Assembly: GCA_049966395.1 (NCBI GenBank)
Contig: JBMFUT010000002.1
Coordinates: forward strand, 10,583-74,582
Length of the DNA: 64,000 bases
Source: Candidatus Micrarchaeia archaeon
Lineage (GTDB): Archaea > Micrarchaeota > Micrarchaeia > Micrarchaeales > CABMGC01
Direction of reading: 5' to 3'
This document shows, piece by piece, positions 10,167 through 18,970 of this stretch; positions within the stretch are counted from its first letter, which is position 1; every line of letters begins with the position of its first letter. Both the position numbers and the translations under genes were made by a program. The notes under the pieces are model-generated. The model was not told the DNA's origin and made no database searches. It saw only the letters and a list, made by a program, of their open reading frames with translations.

Positions 10167-12224
10167 ATGCGCAACACCCAGAGAACCCTATTGCTAGCTT
10201 TTTCATTCTCTATTGCAGCTGCCATGCTTTTCGGCGGAGCTTTCGCCGCTTCCTTCGCTTCCGTGCTGCAGGACTACAACGTGCCCAACTCCCTCATATC
10301 GTCGCTTTCGCAGCATAACATAACATATGACGGCATGTCATATGCTGCTTTCTACAACGGTACGCACCTGTATTTCCTTATAAACAGCACTGACGACGCC
10401 CTCGTGACCAACGCCACCCAGATATTTGTTATAATACGCAACTACACTCTGCAGAGCAGCATAAGCGCGGCCAACTTTCCAGAGATAGCGCAGATGATGC
10501 ACAGCTACGAGAATTCTTCAGCGCCTTCGCTCAACGACTGCCTTGTCGAGACTGGGCTAAACAGGTTCAATTGCACGCTTTCCAACTACTGCTTCTCCTG
10601 TCAAGCGGTGCCTAACTGCGACAGGGTGATGTACCAGACCGACGGTCCAAGCGGATCGTTTGGCCTCGGAATAATAAAATTTGAAAACCAGTACGGCTGG
10701 CTGAACAGGAGCTACAATGCATTCTACTCAAGCATTCAAAGCATAAACATCTCCAACGCGCAGCAGAGGCTGCGCGCCATAGACTCATCGTTCTCAAACA
10801 TATCAAACCTGACGAGGAGCATATACCAGAATCCAATATTCCCTCCGACTGCAAACATAACCAATTCGCAGCTTCAGTCGTGCATCTACTACCACACTCC
10901 GGCAACCTCCCCATGGTATTGCGTTGCGCTCGGCTACTGCGGCTTCCTCACATACAACTACTCACAGCTCAACGGCATCGTTGCAAGAATGTTGCAGATA
11001 AACATGCTGCCTATCACTGATCAGCAGATTGTGAGCATTGCAAACAACGCAAGCAACATAGAATCATACTACATAACCCCGGTGCTCTACAAGAGGCAGA
11101 CTTCGGCGCTCATGCGCATACTAAACACTACGCTGGCCAACTACTCGTCGCTTGTATCAGGGTCGATGATGCTGCTGAGCCACGTGGACAACATTACGCT
11201 TTCGTCAGAGCTTTCGACGCTAAACCAGAGCTACAACAAGCTTCTCAGCGGCTATGTTGGAATGAACCTTACATCTGAGAACGCTACGCTTGCAAAAGAG
11301 GTTGCCGCGCTCTCAGGCACATACTCAAAGCTCAATGCGACATACAGCAAGGTGCTTGCCATGGCGAGCGCCAACACAGCGCTGCTGCTTAAGAAACAGC
11401 TAGATTCAATGGCGCCGTCTGCGCAGCTCCAGAGCCTTGCGCTGGAGGAGGCAGGTCTAAATGGAATGGCTACTGGAAAGACGAGCAACATGTCGTACCT
11501 TGAATCGAGCCTTTCTTCAGTGTATTCCAAGGCTTCTGCGATATACACATATCCTTCGGGGCTGACTGAGCTCGCAAGATCAATAGACACGCCTTTTGTA
11601 AGGAGCATGCTTTTCAGCATGAAGCTGCCTTACTTCAGCGGGGTTGCGCTTGCGCCAGCAATAGCATCGATTCTCTCTATATTGATAAGCGTAATTGTCT
11701 TTGCGCTGCTGCTGTTCTATTACCAGAGGCTCAGGATGAAGCGCAAGCTCAGGTTAAACAGGAGGACAGAGAGGAACTGGCATATGCTTTTCGCAATATT
11801 GGGCGTAATATTGATAGCATACATAATAGTCGGCTACGCATATGCCGCTGCGGCAAACTCTTTCGCGCCTTACAGCGCGTTCAAAAACGCAGTAGCGAAT
11901 TCTAAGAGCGTAGTAATAGCAATCAACGGCACGCCGACGGTTGCAAGCTACCAGTGCGCCAGCATGATAAGCAGGTCGCTTCTTGCAGAGAACAAGACGC
12001 CGGTGATCATATCCATTATTAACAACACGTGCGTTTCAGGGGCGGGCACTGCAAGCATAAGCGACTGCATGAACTTCTACGCAACGTCTAACATACCTGT
12101 AATAATACTTACAAACAGCAGCTCCGACAGCATAAATATTTATTCCTTCTACGGCACAAAAATGATTGCAAGCGGGGATTCTGCATACATGGCAGCATGC
12201 TACCCGTCGCTTTTGGTGAAGTGA
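10167..12224 (+). CDS. membrane-anchored surface glycoprotein (signal peptide, Cys-rich and coiled-coil ectodomain, TM hairpin, C-terminal ectodomain)
   Basis: The start is moved to the ATG at 10167 (MRNTQRTLLLAFSFSIAAAMLFGGAFA signal peptide). I counted about 26 N-X-S/T sequons by hand. Two TM helices flank the basic loop QRLRMKRKLRLNRRTERNW. The last ~120 aa are paralogous to the next gene. Confidence 0.55.
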   Translation: MRNTQRTLLLAFSFSIAAAMLFGGAFAASFASVLQDYNVPNSLISSLSQHNITYDGMSYAAFYNGTHLYFLINSTDDALVTNATQIFVIIRNYTLQSSISAANFPEIAQMMHSYENSSAPSLNDCLVETGLNRFNCTLSNYCFSCQAVPNCDRVMYQTDGPSGSFGLGIIKFENQYGWLNRSYNAFYSSIQSINISNAQQRLRAIDSSFSNISNLTRSIYQNPIFPPTANITNSQLQSCIYYHTPATSPWYCVALGYCGFLTYNYSQLNGIVARMLQINMLPITDQQIVSIANNASNIESYYITPVLYKRQTSALMRILNTTLANYSSLVSGSMMLLSHVDNITLSSELSTLNQSYNKLLSGYVGMNLTSENATLAKEVAALSGTYSKLNATYSKVLAMASANTALLLKKQLDSMAPSAQLQSLALEEAGLNGMATGKTSNMSYLESSLSSVYSKASAIYTYPSGLTELARSIDTPFVRSMLFSMKLPYFSGVALAPAIASILSILISVIVFALLLFYYQRLRMKRKLRLNRRTERNWHMLFAILGVILIAYIIVGYAYAAAANSFAPYSAFKNAVANSKSVVIAINGTPTVASYQCASMISRSLLAENKTPVIISIINNTCVSGAGTASISDCMNFYATSNIPVIILTNSSSDSINIYSFYGTKMIASGDSAYMAACYPSLLVK

Positions 12225-12228
12225 TTTT

Positions 12229-12819
12229 TTGGCAAATGTGCAAAAGGCAAAGACCGAGGGCAGGCGCAATCCTGCAAAGCAGGAGCAGCAGCAGAAGGAG
12301 CGCCAGCAGAAGGAGCAGCAGCAAAGGGAGCAGCGCCGGAACAACGAAACTCTCGGATACATAGCCGCTATAGCAGCTATTGCAATAATAGTCTTCCTTG
12401 TGTATTTCGTCTTTTCAAACTACCTTACTACTTCATTCTCTGCTTTCAAGGGCAATTTCGACTCTGCGCCGAGGGTTGCGATAGCTGTAACATACAGCAA
12501 CACGACGCAGCTTCCATACCTTATAAACTGTCTTGAAAAGACTGCCTACATGCTTGCGCTGCATGGAAGAAAGGCCACGACAATGGACGTTTTCATCCTT
12601 AATTCCACGAGCTGCACTTATTCTATAACAGGCATAGGCGGACCGGCAAACATAACCACAACCCAGGCTTCCAAATGCCTAGCGGTGGCAAGGTCTGAGC
12701 CAAGCATATTCCTAAACTACAGCGTCACCAACAGCACAGAGATAACGCCGTACCACATGTACGTATATGGCAACAACGCTTATATGCAAGCTTGCGGCGT
12801 AGCTTCGGAGTTCTCGTAG
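12229..12819 (+). CDS. single-pass membrane protein with Q/K/E/R-rich cytoplasmic N-terminus and an ectodomain paralogous to the C-terminus of the preceding protein
   Basis: No ATG is present. The start is TTG (12229) or GTG (12238), 5 nt after the upstream stop. The N-terminus is KQEQQQKERQQKEQQQREQRR, followed by a TM helix. The shared motifs are SAFK, V.IA, four conserved Cys, and G(D/N)xAYMxAC. Confidence 0.5.
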   Translation: MANVQKAKTEGRRNPAKQEQQQKERQQKEQQQREQRRNNETLGYIAAIAAIAIIVFLVYFVFSNYLTTSFSAFKGNFDSAPRVAIAVTYSNTTQLPYLINCLEKTAYMLALHGRKATTMDVFILNSTSCTYSITGIGGPANITTTQASKCLAVARSEPSIFLNYSVTNSTEITPYHMYVYGNNAYMQACGVASEFS

Positions 12820-12857
12820 CATTAGCATGCACGGATTTCTGCCGCCAAAATACTGAT

Positions 12858-14177
12858 TTACTTGTAGCGCAGCATTGCTCCTATTCCCCCAAAGCCAATG
12901 AGAAACTCCTTGCCGTAAGAGCTCTCACTAGAAACGAAGACTGTCTGTATCCCGTTGGCGTCTGCCATGCCTATGAGCTCTTCCAGAGCGTCCTTGTTCT
13001 CGCTTACGCTCCGTCCGGTTTCAATGTCCGCGATTATTCGCTCCTTGTCTGCAGGCGAAGCAGACCTGTCTTTGGAAAGCCTGCTTGCTTCTTCCACAAG
13101 CGCCATGAACTGCGGATCAGGCGCCTCGCTGAGTATTTCAACATGCACTATCTGCCTTGAGCTTTTCTCGCTCTTGTAGACAAGCATTACCTCCATGCCC
13201 TGTTGGCTAGAAACCTTTTCGGAATAAAGCTCAAGGTCGTCGTTTATTATGAGCATCGATGCCTGCTTCTTTTCAATCTTTTCCTTGACGTTGGCATAGC
13301 CGTACACCGCAAGGCCGCCAGACGAAAGCTCCCTCATGAACCTCTCGAGCACCTGCCTTTCCTGCGAAGCCTCCTGCTCCTTCAGAAGCTCCTGCGCCTT
13401 CTCGACAAGCTCGTTGAGCCCAGTTTCGTCTGTATATCCTGTGTCATACATGCCCAATACCTTTATCTGGTAGTTGAGCGCGTTCTGCTTTATGAAATTT
13501 TCCTTAGAGGGTCCAGGCCCTCCTACAATGAGCCCCTTGAACTTTGTGCCTGTCTGCAGGCCTTGCTCAAATATGTCATTTATGCTAGAGGCTATTCTCT
13601 TGTAGTAATCTTCGGTGCTTTCCTGTATTGCCCTCTCGTACCTGTTCGCGCTCTGCCCTCCTTTCCTGACCTTTGCATGCGCTGTGGAGTTGAGCCTCTT
13701 CAGCACTCTTATGTAAGGGCCCTTGAGCGTGGCTATTGTGGCCTCCCTTCCGTCAAGCACAACAAGTAGGAAAGTGTCCTTTGCCTCTACAATATCCTCT
13801 ATAGGATCCAAAAGGAATGTCGAATCGCACCTGTATATGTTAACCTTGAGAGGCGCCGGTGGCTCCATGGAAAAGAGCTCTATGTCTGTCTTTCCGGGAT
13901 TGTCGGAGATGTTGCCGCAGAATATTGCAAGGCCGTTCTTTGGCGTCTCCTTGAAAAGCCTGAGATACTGTATTATCTTGTCTATTGCGCTTATGACATT
14001 GGTCCTCGTGGTCTTGGACTTTATGTTTGAAGATGTGCTTCGCTCCTCCCTCAGCTTGTTTGTCTCTTCGCTTATCTGGAAGCCAGCGGGTATGTATATG
14101 CTTATGAGCTCGGTGCCGTTGCCCCTGATCGACTTTAGCCTCTTTATCTCCCTGTGCATATTGTACTCTTCCTTCAT
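12858..14177 (-). CDS. prf1: peptide chain release factor aRF1
   Basis: Has the NIKS (SSNIKSKTTR), YxCxxxF (YRCDSTF) and GGQ (VRKGGQSANRYER) motifs and the C-terminal ...GFGGIGAMLRYK. Confidence 0.92.
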   Translation of the reverse strand: MKEEYNMHREIKRLKSIRGNGTELISIYIPAGFQISEETNKLREERSTSSNIKSKTTRTNVISAIDKIIQYLRLFKETPKNGLAIFCGNISDNPGKTDIELFSMEPPAPLKVNIYRCDSTFLLDPIEDIVEAKDTFLLVVLDGREATIATLKGPYIRVLKRLNSTAHAKVRKGGQSANRYERAIQESTEDYYKRIASSINDIFEQGLQTGTKFKGLIVGGPGPSKENFIKQNALNYQIKVLGMYDTGYTDETGLNELVEKAQELLKEQEASQERQVLERFMRELSSGGLAVYGYANVKEKIEKKQASMLIINDDLELYSEKVSSQQGMEVMLVYKSEKSSRQIVHVEILSEAPDPQFMALVEEASRLSKDRSASPADKERIIADIETGRSVSENKDALEELIGMADANGIQTVFVSSESSYGKEFLIGFGGIGAMLRYK

Positions 14178-14326
14178 TGAATTACCTGGCTATCCTTTCA
14201 GTTGTTGCCTGTCTGTAGCATCTGCAACGGAATCTGCGCTGCTGCCATTCTAATTTCGCTTGTGCATTATATATATTTTTGCGCGAACCTGAAAAGGCGC
14301 AAAAACCAAATAGCCACGTCGCTGCG

Positions 14327-15643
14327 CTAATTTGAATTTGGTTTGCCAATTTTGTCCTTGCCCATATACGGCACTAGCACTTCTGGCACGGTTATTGTGC
14401 CGTCGCCATTAGCGTAATTCTCTACAATAGCGACTATGGTCCTGTTTGTTGCTATGGCTGTGGAGTTTAGAGTGTGCACATATTTCCTTTCGTTGCCCTC
14501 GTCATACTTTATGTCTAGCCTGAGCGACTGCCAGTCTGTGCAATTTGAGCAGGAAACTTCTTCCCTGTATGCGCCCTGCGCAGGCATGTACGCTTCAATG
14601 TCGTACTTCTTTGCGGCAACAGTGCCTATGTCCCCTGTGCATACGTTTACAACCCTGTACGGTATTTTCATCTTCTGGAAAAGCGATTCGGCATTCGCAA
14701 GCAGCTCTTCATGCAGCTTCCAAGAATCCTCTTGCTTAGAGAATATGAACTGCTCCACCTTGTAGAAGTGGTGGACCCTGAATATGCCTTTTGTGTCCTT
14801 GCCATGGGCTCCTGCTTCCCTCCTGAAGCAAGGGCTCACCCCGACGAATTTCTTCGGCAGCTCGTTTGCAGACAGCACCTTGCCAGCGTACATTGCGGCC
14901 ATCGGGTGCTCAGAAGTGGCTATCATGAAAAGCTCGTCGTTTACGTGCTCTATGTCTTTGTCTGCCTCAGCTTCCTTCGGATCTGCCGCCTTGTAGAGCA
15001 TCTCCTCGAAATCACCGAAGGCAGTGACTCCCTTGTAGTACTCCTTCTTCATCATGAGCGGCGGAGCTATGAGCATGTAACCTTTCTTAATGAGCTCGTC
15101 TATGGCAAACCTTATGAGAGACTGCTCAAGAAGCGCTATATCACCCTTAAGGTAGAAGAACCTGGCTCCGGCAACTTTCGCGGCTTGCTCGAGCTCTATG
15201 AGTCCCATTCTTTCCAGAATGTCTGCATGGCTCTCCCCGCCCTTCTTCTCTATGCTCCCCCATCTTTTCACTTCTTTGTTCTCGCTGTCGTCCTTTCCAT
15301 ATGGCACCGACTCATGCAGCACGTTCGGCATGTTCCAGAGTATCTTGTCTATCTCAGCCTCCTCTTCCGCAATTTTCGCTTCTCCATCTTCTATTCTCTT
15401 TTTTGTCTCGGAAAGCCTCTTTATTATCGCGTCTGCCTCTTCGTTCTTGCCCTCCTTCTTGAGCCTTGAAATTTCCATGCTAAGCTTGTTCCTTTCGGCC
15501 TGCAACGCCTGGGTGGCCGTCTTGAGGCTTCGCCACTCCTTGTCAAGCTCCAGCAGCCTGTCCAGCGGGTAATCGCTGTGCCTTCTTGCCAAGGAATCCC
15601 TTATAGCTTCCAAGTTGTCTCTTACATATTTTGTCGTAAGCAT
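14327..15643 (-). CDS. serS: seryl-tRNA synthetase
   Basis: 438 aa. N-terminal coiled-coil arm (MLTTKYVRDNLEAIRDSLARR...). Class II core with ...FRREAGAHGKDTKGIFRVHHF... and ...HTLNSTAIATNRTIVAIVENY.... Confidence 0.92.
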   Translation of the reverse strand: MLTTKYVRDNLEAIRDSLARRHSDYPLDRLLELDKEWRSLKTATQALQAERNKLSMEISRLKKEGKNEEADAIIKRLSETKKRIEDGEAKIAEEEAEIDKILWNMPNVLHESVPYGKDDSENKEVKRWGSIEKKGGESHADILERMGLIELEQAAKVAGARFFYLKGDIALLEQSLIRFAIDELIKKGYMLIAPPLMMKKEYYKGVTAFGDFEEMLYKAADPKEAEADKDIEHVNDELFMIATSEHPMAAMYAGKVLSANELPKKFVGVSPCFRREAGAHGKDTKGIFRVHHFYKVEQFIFSKQEDSWKLHEELLANAESLFQKMKIPYRVVNVCTGDIGTVAAKKYDIEAYMPAQGAYREEVSCSNCTDWQSLRLDIKYDEGNERKYVHTLNSTAIATNRTIVAIVENYANGDGTITVPEVLVPYMGKDKIGKPNSN

Positions 15644-15680
15644 CTATGCACCGCTGATGAGTTATATACGAATAAAATCT

Positions 15681-15690
15681 ATAAATATAT
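15681..15690 (+). promoter_or_regulatory. TATA box (ATAAATATAT) for tRNA-Leu
   Basis: Centred about 27 nt upstream of the tRNA 5' end at 15712. Confidence 0.5.
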
Positions 15691-15711
15691 CCTGCTAAAG
15701 AGATATTGCCT

Positions 15712-15797
15712 GCGGGGGTGGCAGAGCCTGGTCAAATGCGACGGGCTTAGGACCCGCTTGCTTAGCGCATGCGAGAGTTCAAATCTCTCCCCCCGCA
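15712..15797 (+). tRNA. tRNA-Leu (anticodon UAG), long variable arm, no encoded CCA
   Basis: Manual fold: acceptor GCGGGGG/CCCCCGC with A73, anticodon loop CUUAGGA, T arm GAGAG-UUCAAAU-CUCUC, and a 15-nt variable region. There is one A27-C43 mismatch at the top of the anticodon stem. Confidence 0.85.
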
Positions 15798-15810
15798 AAC
15801 GGTAGATTAA

Positions 15811-16512
15811 ATGCCTGAGATAAGCATTATAATACCATCATACAACGAAGAAGCGTACATTGGGGAGACGCTGGAAAGCATAAGGCGCCAGCCTTTCAAG
15901 GACTACGAGATAATAGTGGTTGACAAGAACAGCGAAGATAATACAGAAAAAATAGCGAGGAAATATGCGAAGGTCATAAAAGAATCAAAGCCGGGAATAG
16001 CACTTGCTAGGAACGTTGGGGCAAAGCATGCCAAGGGAAAAATACTCCTTTACATAGACGCCGACACTAGCGTGAGCAGGAGCACCCTGGCATCATACAG
16101 CGCGGCCATGAAGGACAAACAGATTATAGCCGCCACAGGCCCAATATACCCAAGGGAGAAGGTGAGCTGGTTCGTGAATCTAGGCTACAAGGTGGTTTCT
16201 GTGCTTTTCGTCAGGCTATCCATAATTTTCGGCAGGCCTTCTCTTGTGGGGTCTAACTTTGCAATAAGGAAAGACATTTTCGAGAAAGCTGGAGGATTCA
16301 ATGAAAAGTTCATGACTTACGAGGACTGGGATCTTTCTCACAGGATCAAGAAATTCGGTAAGATATCATATCTAAGCGATGCCGTAGTATACACAAGCGC
16401 AAGGAGAATACACGAGTGGGGCATAACGGGGTTTTTTGTGTTCCACTTCGGCAACATGATACGTTACAACATATTAAAGAAGCCAAAGGAGGAATACAAG
16501 CCAATAAGGTAG
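15811..16512 (+). CDS. glycosyltransferase family 2
   Basis: IIIPSYNEEAYIGETLESIRRQPFKDYEIIVVDKNSEDNT and a DAD motif (LYIDADT). Confidence 0.8.
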   Translation: MPEISIIIPSYNEEAYIGETLESIRRQPFKDYEIIVVDKNSEDNTEKIARKYAKVIKESKPGIALARNVGAKHAKGKILLYIDADTSVSRSTLASYSAAMKDKQIIAATGPIYPREKVSWFVNLGYKVVSVLFVRLSIIFGRPSLVGSNFAIRKDIFEKAGGFNEKFMTYEDWDLSHRIKKFGKISYLSDAVVYTSARRIHEWGITGFFVFHFGNMIRYNILKKPKEEYKPIR

Positions 16513-16564
16513 CGCCTGCGAATCCTTACAAAAGGTATATATATCTCAAATCAGATTAAAATTC

Positions 16565-17569
16565 GTGGCGCAAGAAGGGACAGTCAACAAAGTTTCGGCA
16601 GATGTTCCTCTAGGGGATCTTCGCACTGCAATGCGCAAGACAGCATCCGACATATATTCAGAGCTCTGCTCCTCCATGAAGTCTTCAGAGAGATACAAAA
16701 CAATAGTGGCGCAGAATCCCGCACTGTCAACAGTAATAGGCGCCTTTGAAAACATCGACTTGATTTCTTCGTTTCTGGATCTTGACATGCAAAGGGCGAT
16801 AGAGAACAGGCAGGATCCTTCAAATATGTTTTACAATCACCCTCCAGAAATAGCGCTGATAAAAGTAATTTCCAATGCTCTTTCAAGCAAATCTGCGGAA
16901 ATGCTCAGCGCGCTGAACAGGACAATGAACCCCGGTGGAAATCCTGCCCTGAAGGAAAAATTTACAGAGACGGAAGCGGCTTTGGACACTATCTCTTTTG
17001 ACATAGACCTCATGCTGTACAAAGACGACAAGGATTTCGCCAGCAACTCGATGCTTTCTATACTTAGCGCAGCGGCGTGGATGTCAAGCTACGTAGACAC
17101 TGCAAGGAGCATAAAGATGAAATTTTCATTGGACATAGCTAGCGCTGCAGCTGCCAGCATTTCTTCATATAACCTATTTTCGCTCACAGAGTCAGAGGCG
17201 AGGAAGCTTTTCGATTTTGTAAATTCAAAGTTGTTCGCTGGTGCGCTCAACAGCTTGGATGCTCTGGAAAGCACAACAGGGGCATCCTTCACTGCAACGA
17301 TAAATAGTTCCCTCAGCCAGGAGGAATTGCTGGCCGGCGCCAATTTCGAGACCCTCGCTGTCTTCTCAATAGTCGCGATGATTCAATATGCAATGCCAAA
17401 TGCGTATGCTGTCACAGAATCTATAGTAAACGACATGACTTCCACAAACAATATCAACGAGGCTATCGTTTCAAAAGTGATAGGTCTTGCAAAGGATCTT
17501 TATTTAGATGCGTCAAAAGGAAGAAGGGAAATAAAATCTGACAAATCTTGGGATAACGCTTACATGTAA
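16565..17569 (+). CDS. hypothetical all-helical protein (GTG start)
   Basis: 334-aa ORF with no recognisable motif. It forms a pair with the next gene. Confidence 0.45.
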   Translation: MAQEGTVNKVSADVPLGDLRTAMRKTASDIYSELCSSMKSSERYKTIVAQNPALSTVIGAFENIDLISSFLDLDMQRAIENRQDPSNMFYNHPPEIALIKVISNALSSKSAEMLSALNRTMNPGGNPALKEKFTETEAALDTISFDIDLMLYKDDKDFASNSMLSILSAAAWMSSYVDTARSIKMKFSLDIASAAAASISSYNLFSLTESEARKLFDFVNSKLFAGALNSLDALESTTGASFTATINSSLSQEELLAGANFETLAVFSIVAMIQYAMPNAYAVTESIVNDMTSTNNINEAIVSKVIGLAKDLYLDASKGRREIKSDKSWDNAYM

Positions 17570-17582
17570 TAAAGTGATGTGA

Positions 17583-18740
17583 ATGGCCGAAAAGGTCAAT
17601 GAATTAAAATCTAAGGCGTCTTTGATAAATGCAAAGCGCGGCGAAGCGAATACTGAACAGACTGTTGAAGAAAAGATAAATGCCGTGCTCTACGACGCAC
17701 TCAAGGAAGTAAAAAATTACGTAAGCGAGCAGATGGCAGACAAGGAAAGTGCAATAAGGGCCACTGTGAAAGAAATGCGGGCAATTAAAAAATCGCTCGG
17801 CATAAGCCGCGTGCCTCTATACGAAATTCCTATGAATGCAAACGAGCTCAGCAGGCTTTCAGGTACAAATGTTGTCGAGAAAATATCAGCGCAAATGCCA
17901 GGACCATACAGCCTAGAAGTGCTGGTCATGCGCAGTTTTATCGACTCGGTAATCTTGCGTATGAGGGAAATCGCAGCATCTTTGAATGATTTTGGCACAG
18001 ATATAAACTACGGCGAACTGGTATCTGGTATTTACATTGTCAAGCACAATGTGGAAAGACTAAACAAGGTAAGCGCAGAGGACTGGTACAACGTTGGAAA
18101 CAGGTATGCAATTTCGATTTTGGCGCTGCTATCAATAGATGCAAATGGCAGTGCAAATGGCAAGGATGAAGTCGCCAAGCCAGAAATTAGCATGCCAAAG
18201 ATGGAAGACGCCATAAACTACAAGCTCTCTAAGCTGCAGGGCTTGGGTTTTGTGCTTGACGACAAGACCCTATCCTCAGCATGGCAGCGCCTTGTAGAGA
18301 AGTACTCTTTGCAAAAGTATTCCAAACTTCTGGCTTCGCTAGACGGCTTTTCAAGGCTTCTTTACAGCAGCGAAGTGCCGTCTTATGCCGAAGTGGTAAG
18401 GAGGGCATACGGCCAGACAAGCGAAACAGAAAACGGCGAATATGCAGGAACTTCATACGAAACGGGCAATGCCGACAAAAGCATGCGCCTGGACGTTTTC
18501 ATCCTTTCTACTGCTGCACAAATGGCATTGTCGAAGTTTATCGCTGTTTTTTTGGTGGAGGGAGAGATGGCCACCATAGCAAACAAAGAAATCAACCTAG
18601 CAATAGCAATTGACAGGATAATGGCCAAAAACGAAATAGACGTAAATTTTCTGAAATTATTTGGGGAAGTCGTAAACCTGCTTTACGAACCCCCGAAGCC
18701 AATAATCAACAAGGCGTCGCAGGATTCAATGTACGGCTAG
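17583..18740 (+). CDS. hypothetical helical protein
   Basis: 385-aa ORF starting 14 nt after the previous gene. A GTGATGTGA purine-rich stretch precedes the ATG. No recognisable motif. Confidence 0.5.
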   Translation: MAEKVNELKSKASLINAKRGEANTEQTVEEKINAVLYDALKEVKNYVSEQMADKESAIRATVKEMRAIKKSLGISRVPLYEIPMNANELSRLSGTNVVEKISAQMPGPYSLEVLVMRSFIDSVILRMREIAASLNDFGTDINYGELVSGIYIVKHNVERLNKVSAEDWYNVGNRYAISILALLSIDANGSANGKDEVAKPEISMPKMEDAINYKLSKLQGLGFVLDDKTLSSAWQRLVEKYSLQKYSKLLASLDGFSRLLYSSEVPSYAEVVRRAYGQTSETENGEYAGTSYETGNADKSMRLDVFILSTAAQMALSKFIAVFLVEGEMATIANKEINLAIAIDRIMAKNEIDVNFLKLFGEVVNLLYEPPKPIINKASQDSMYG

Positions 18741-18796
18741 CCTCTGGAAAAGTATAAAATATTTAGCTAAACAATATTGAATACCCTAGTGGTTGC

Positions 18797-18964
18797 ATGG
18801 AATATACTAAATACGAGAAAGCAAGGATAATAGGCGCAAGGGCTCTGCAGCTTGCATATGGCGCTCCGCCGCTTGTCGAGGTGCCAAAGGGCACTACGGA
18901 TCCTATAAAACTGGCGGAGCTGGAGTTCAACGCCGGCGTAATTCCGATAGTAATATTGAGGTAG
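18797..18964 (+). CDS. rpoK: DNA-directed RNA polymerase subunit K (Rpo6/RpoK)
   Basis: 55-aa ORF below the ORF-track cutoff: MEYTKYEKARIIGARALQLAYGAPPLVEVPKGTTDPIKLAELEFNAGVIPIVILR. This matches the conserved Rpb6/RpoK core (ARxxGxRAxQ...GAP...DPxxxAxxE...xIP). The annotated 18763..18972 minus ORF is its antisense shadow. Confidence 0.8.
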   Translation: MEYTKYEKARIIGARALQLAYGAPPLVEVPKGTTDPIKLAELEFNAGVIPIVILR

Positions 18965-18970
18965 CTTTGC

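Noticed and set aside
12036-12362. Cys/Leu-rich minus-strand ORFs (12036..12362, 12109..12324)
   Set aside because: They are the antisense of the Q/K/E-rich repeat (CAGCAGAAGGAG…) at the start of the 12229 gene. This is a low-complexity artefact.
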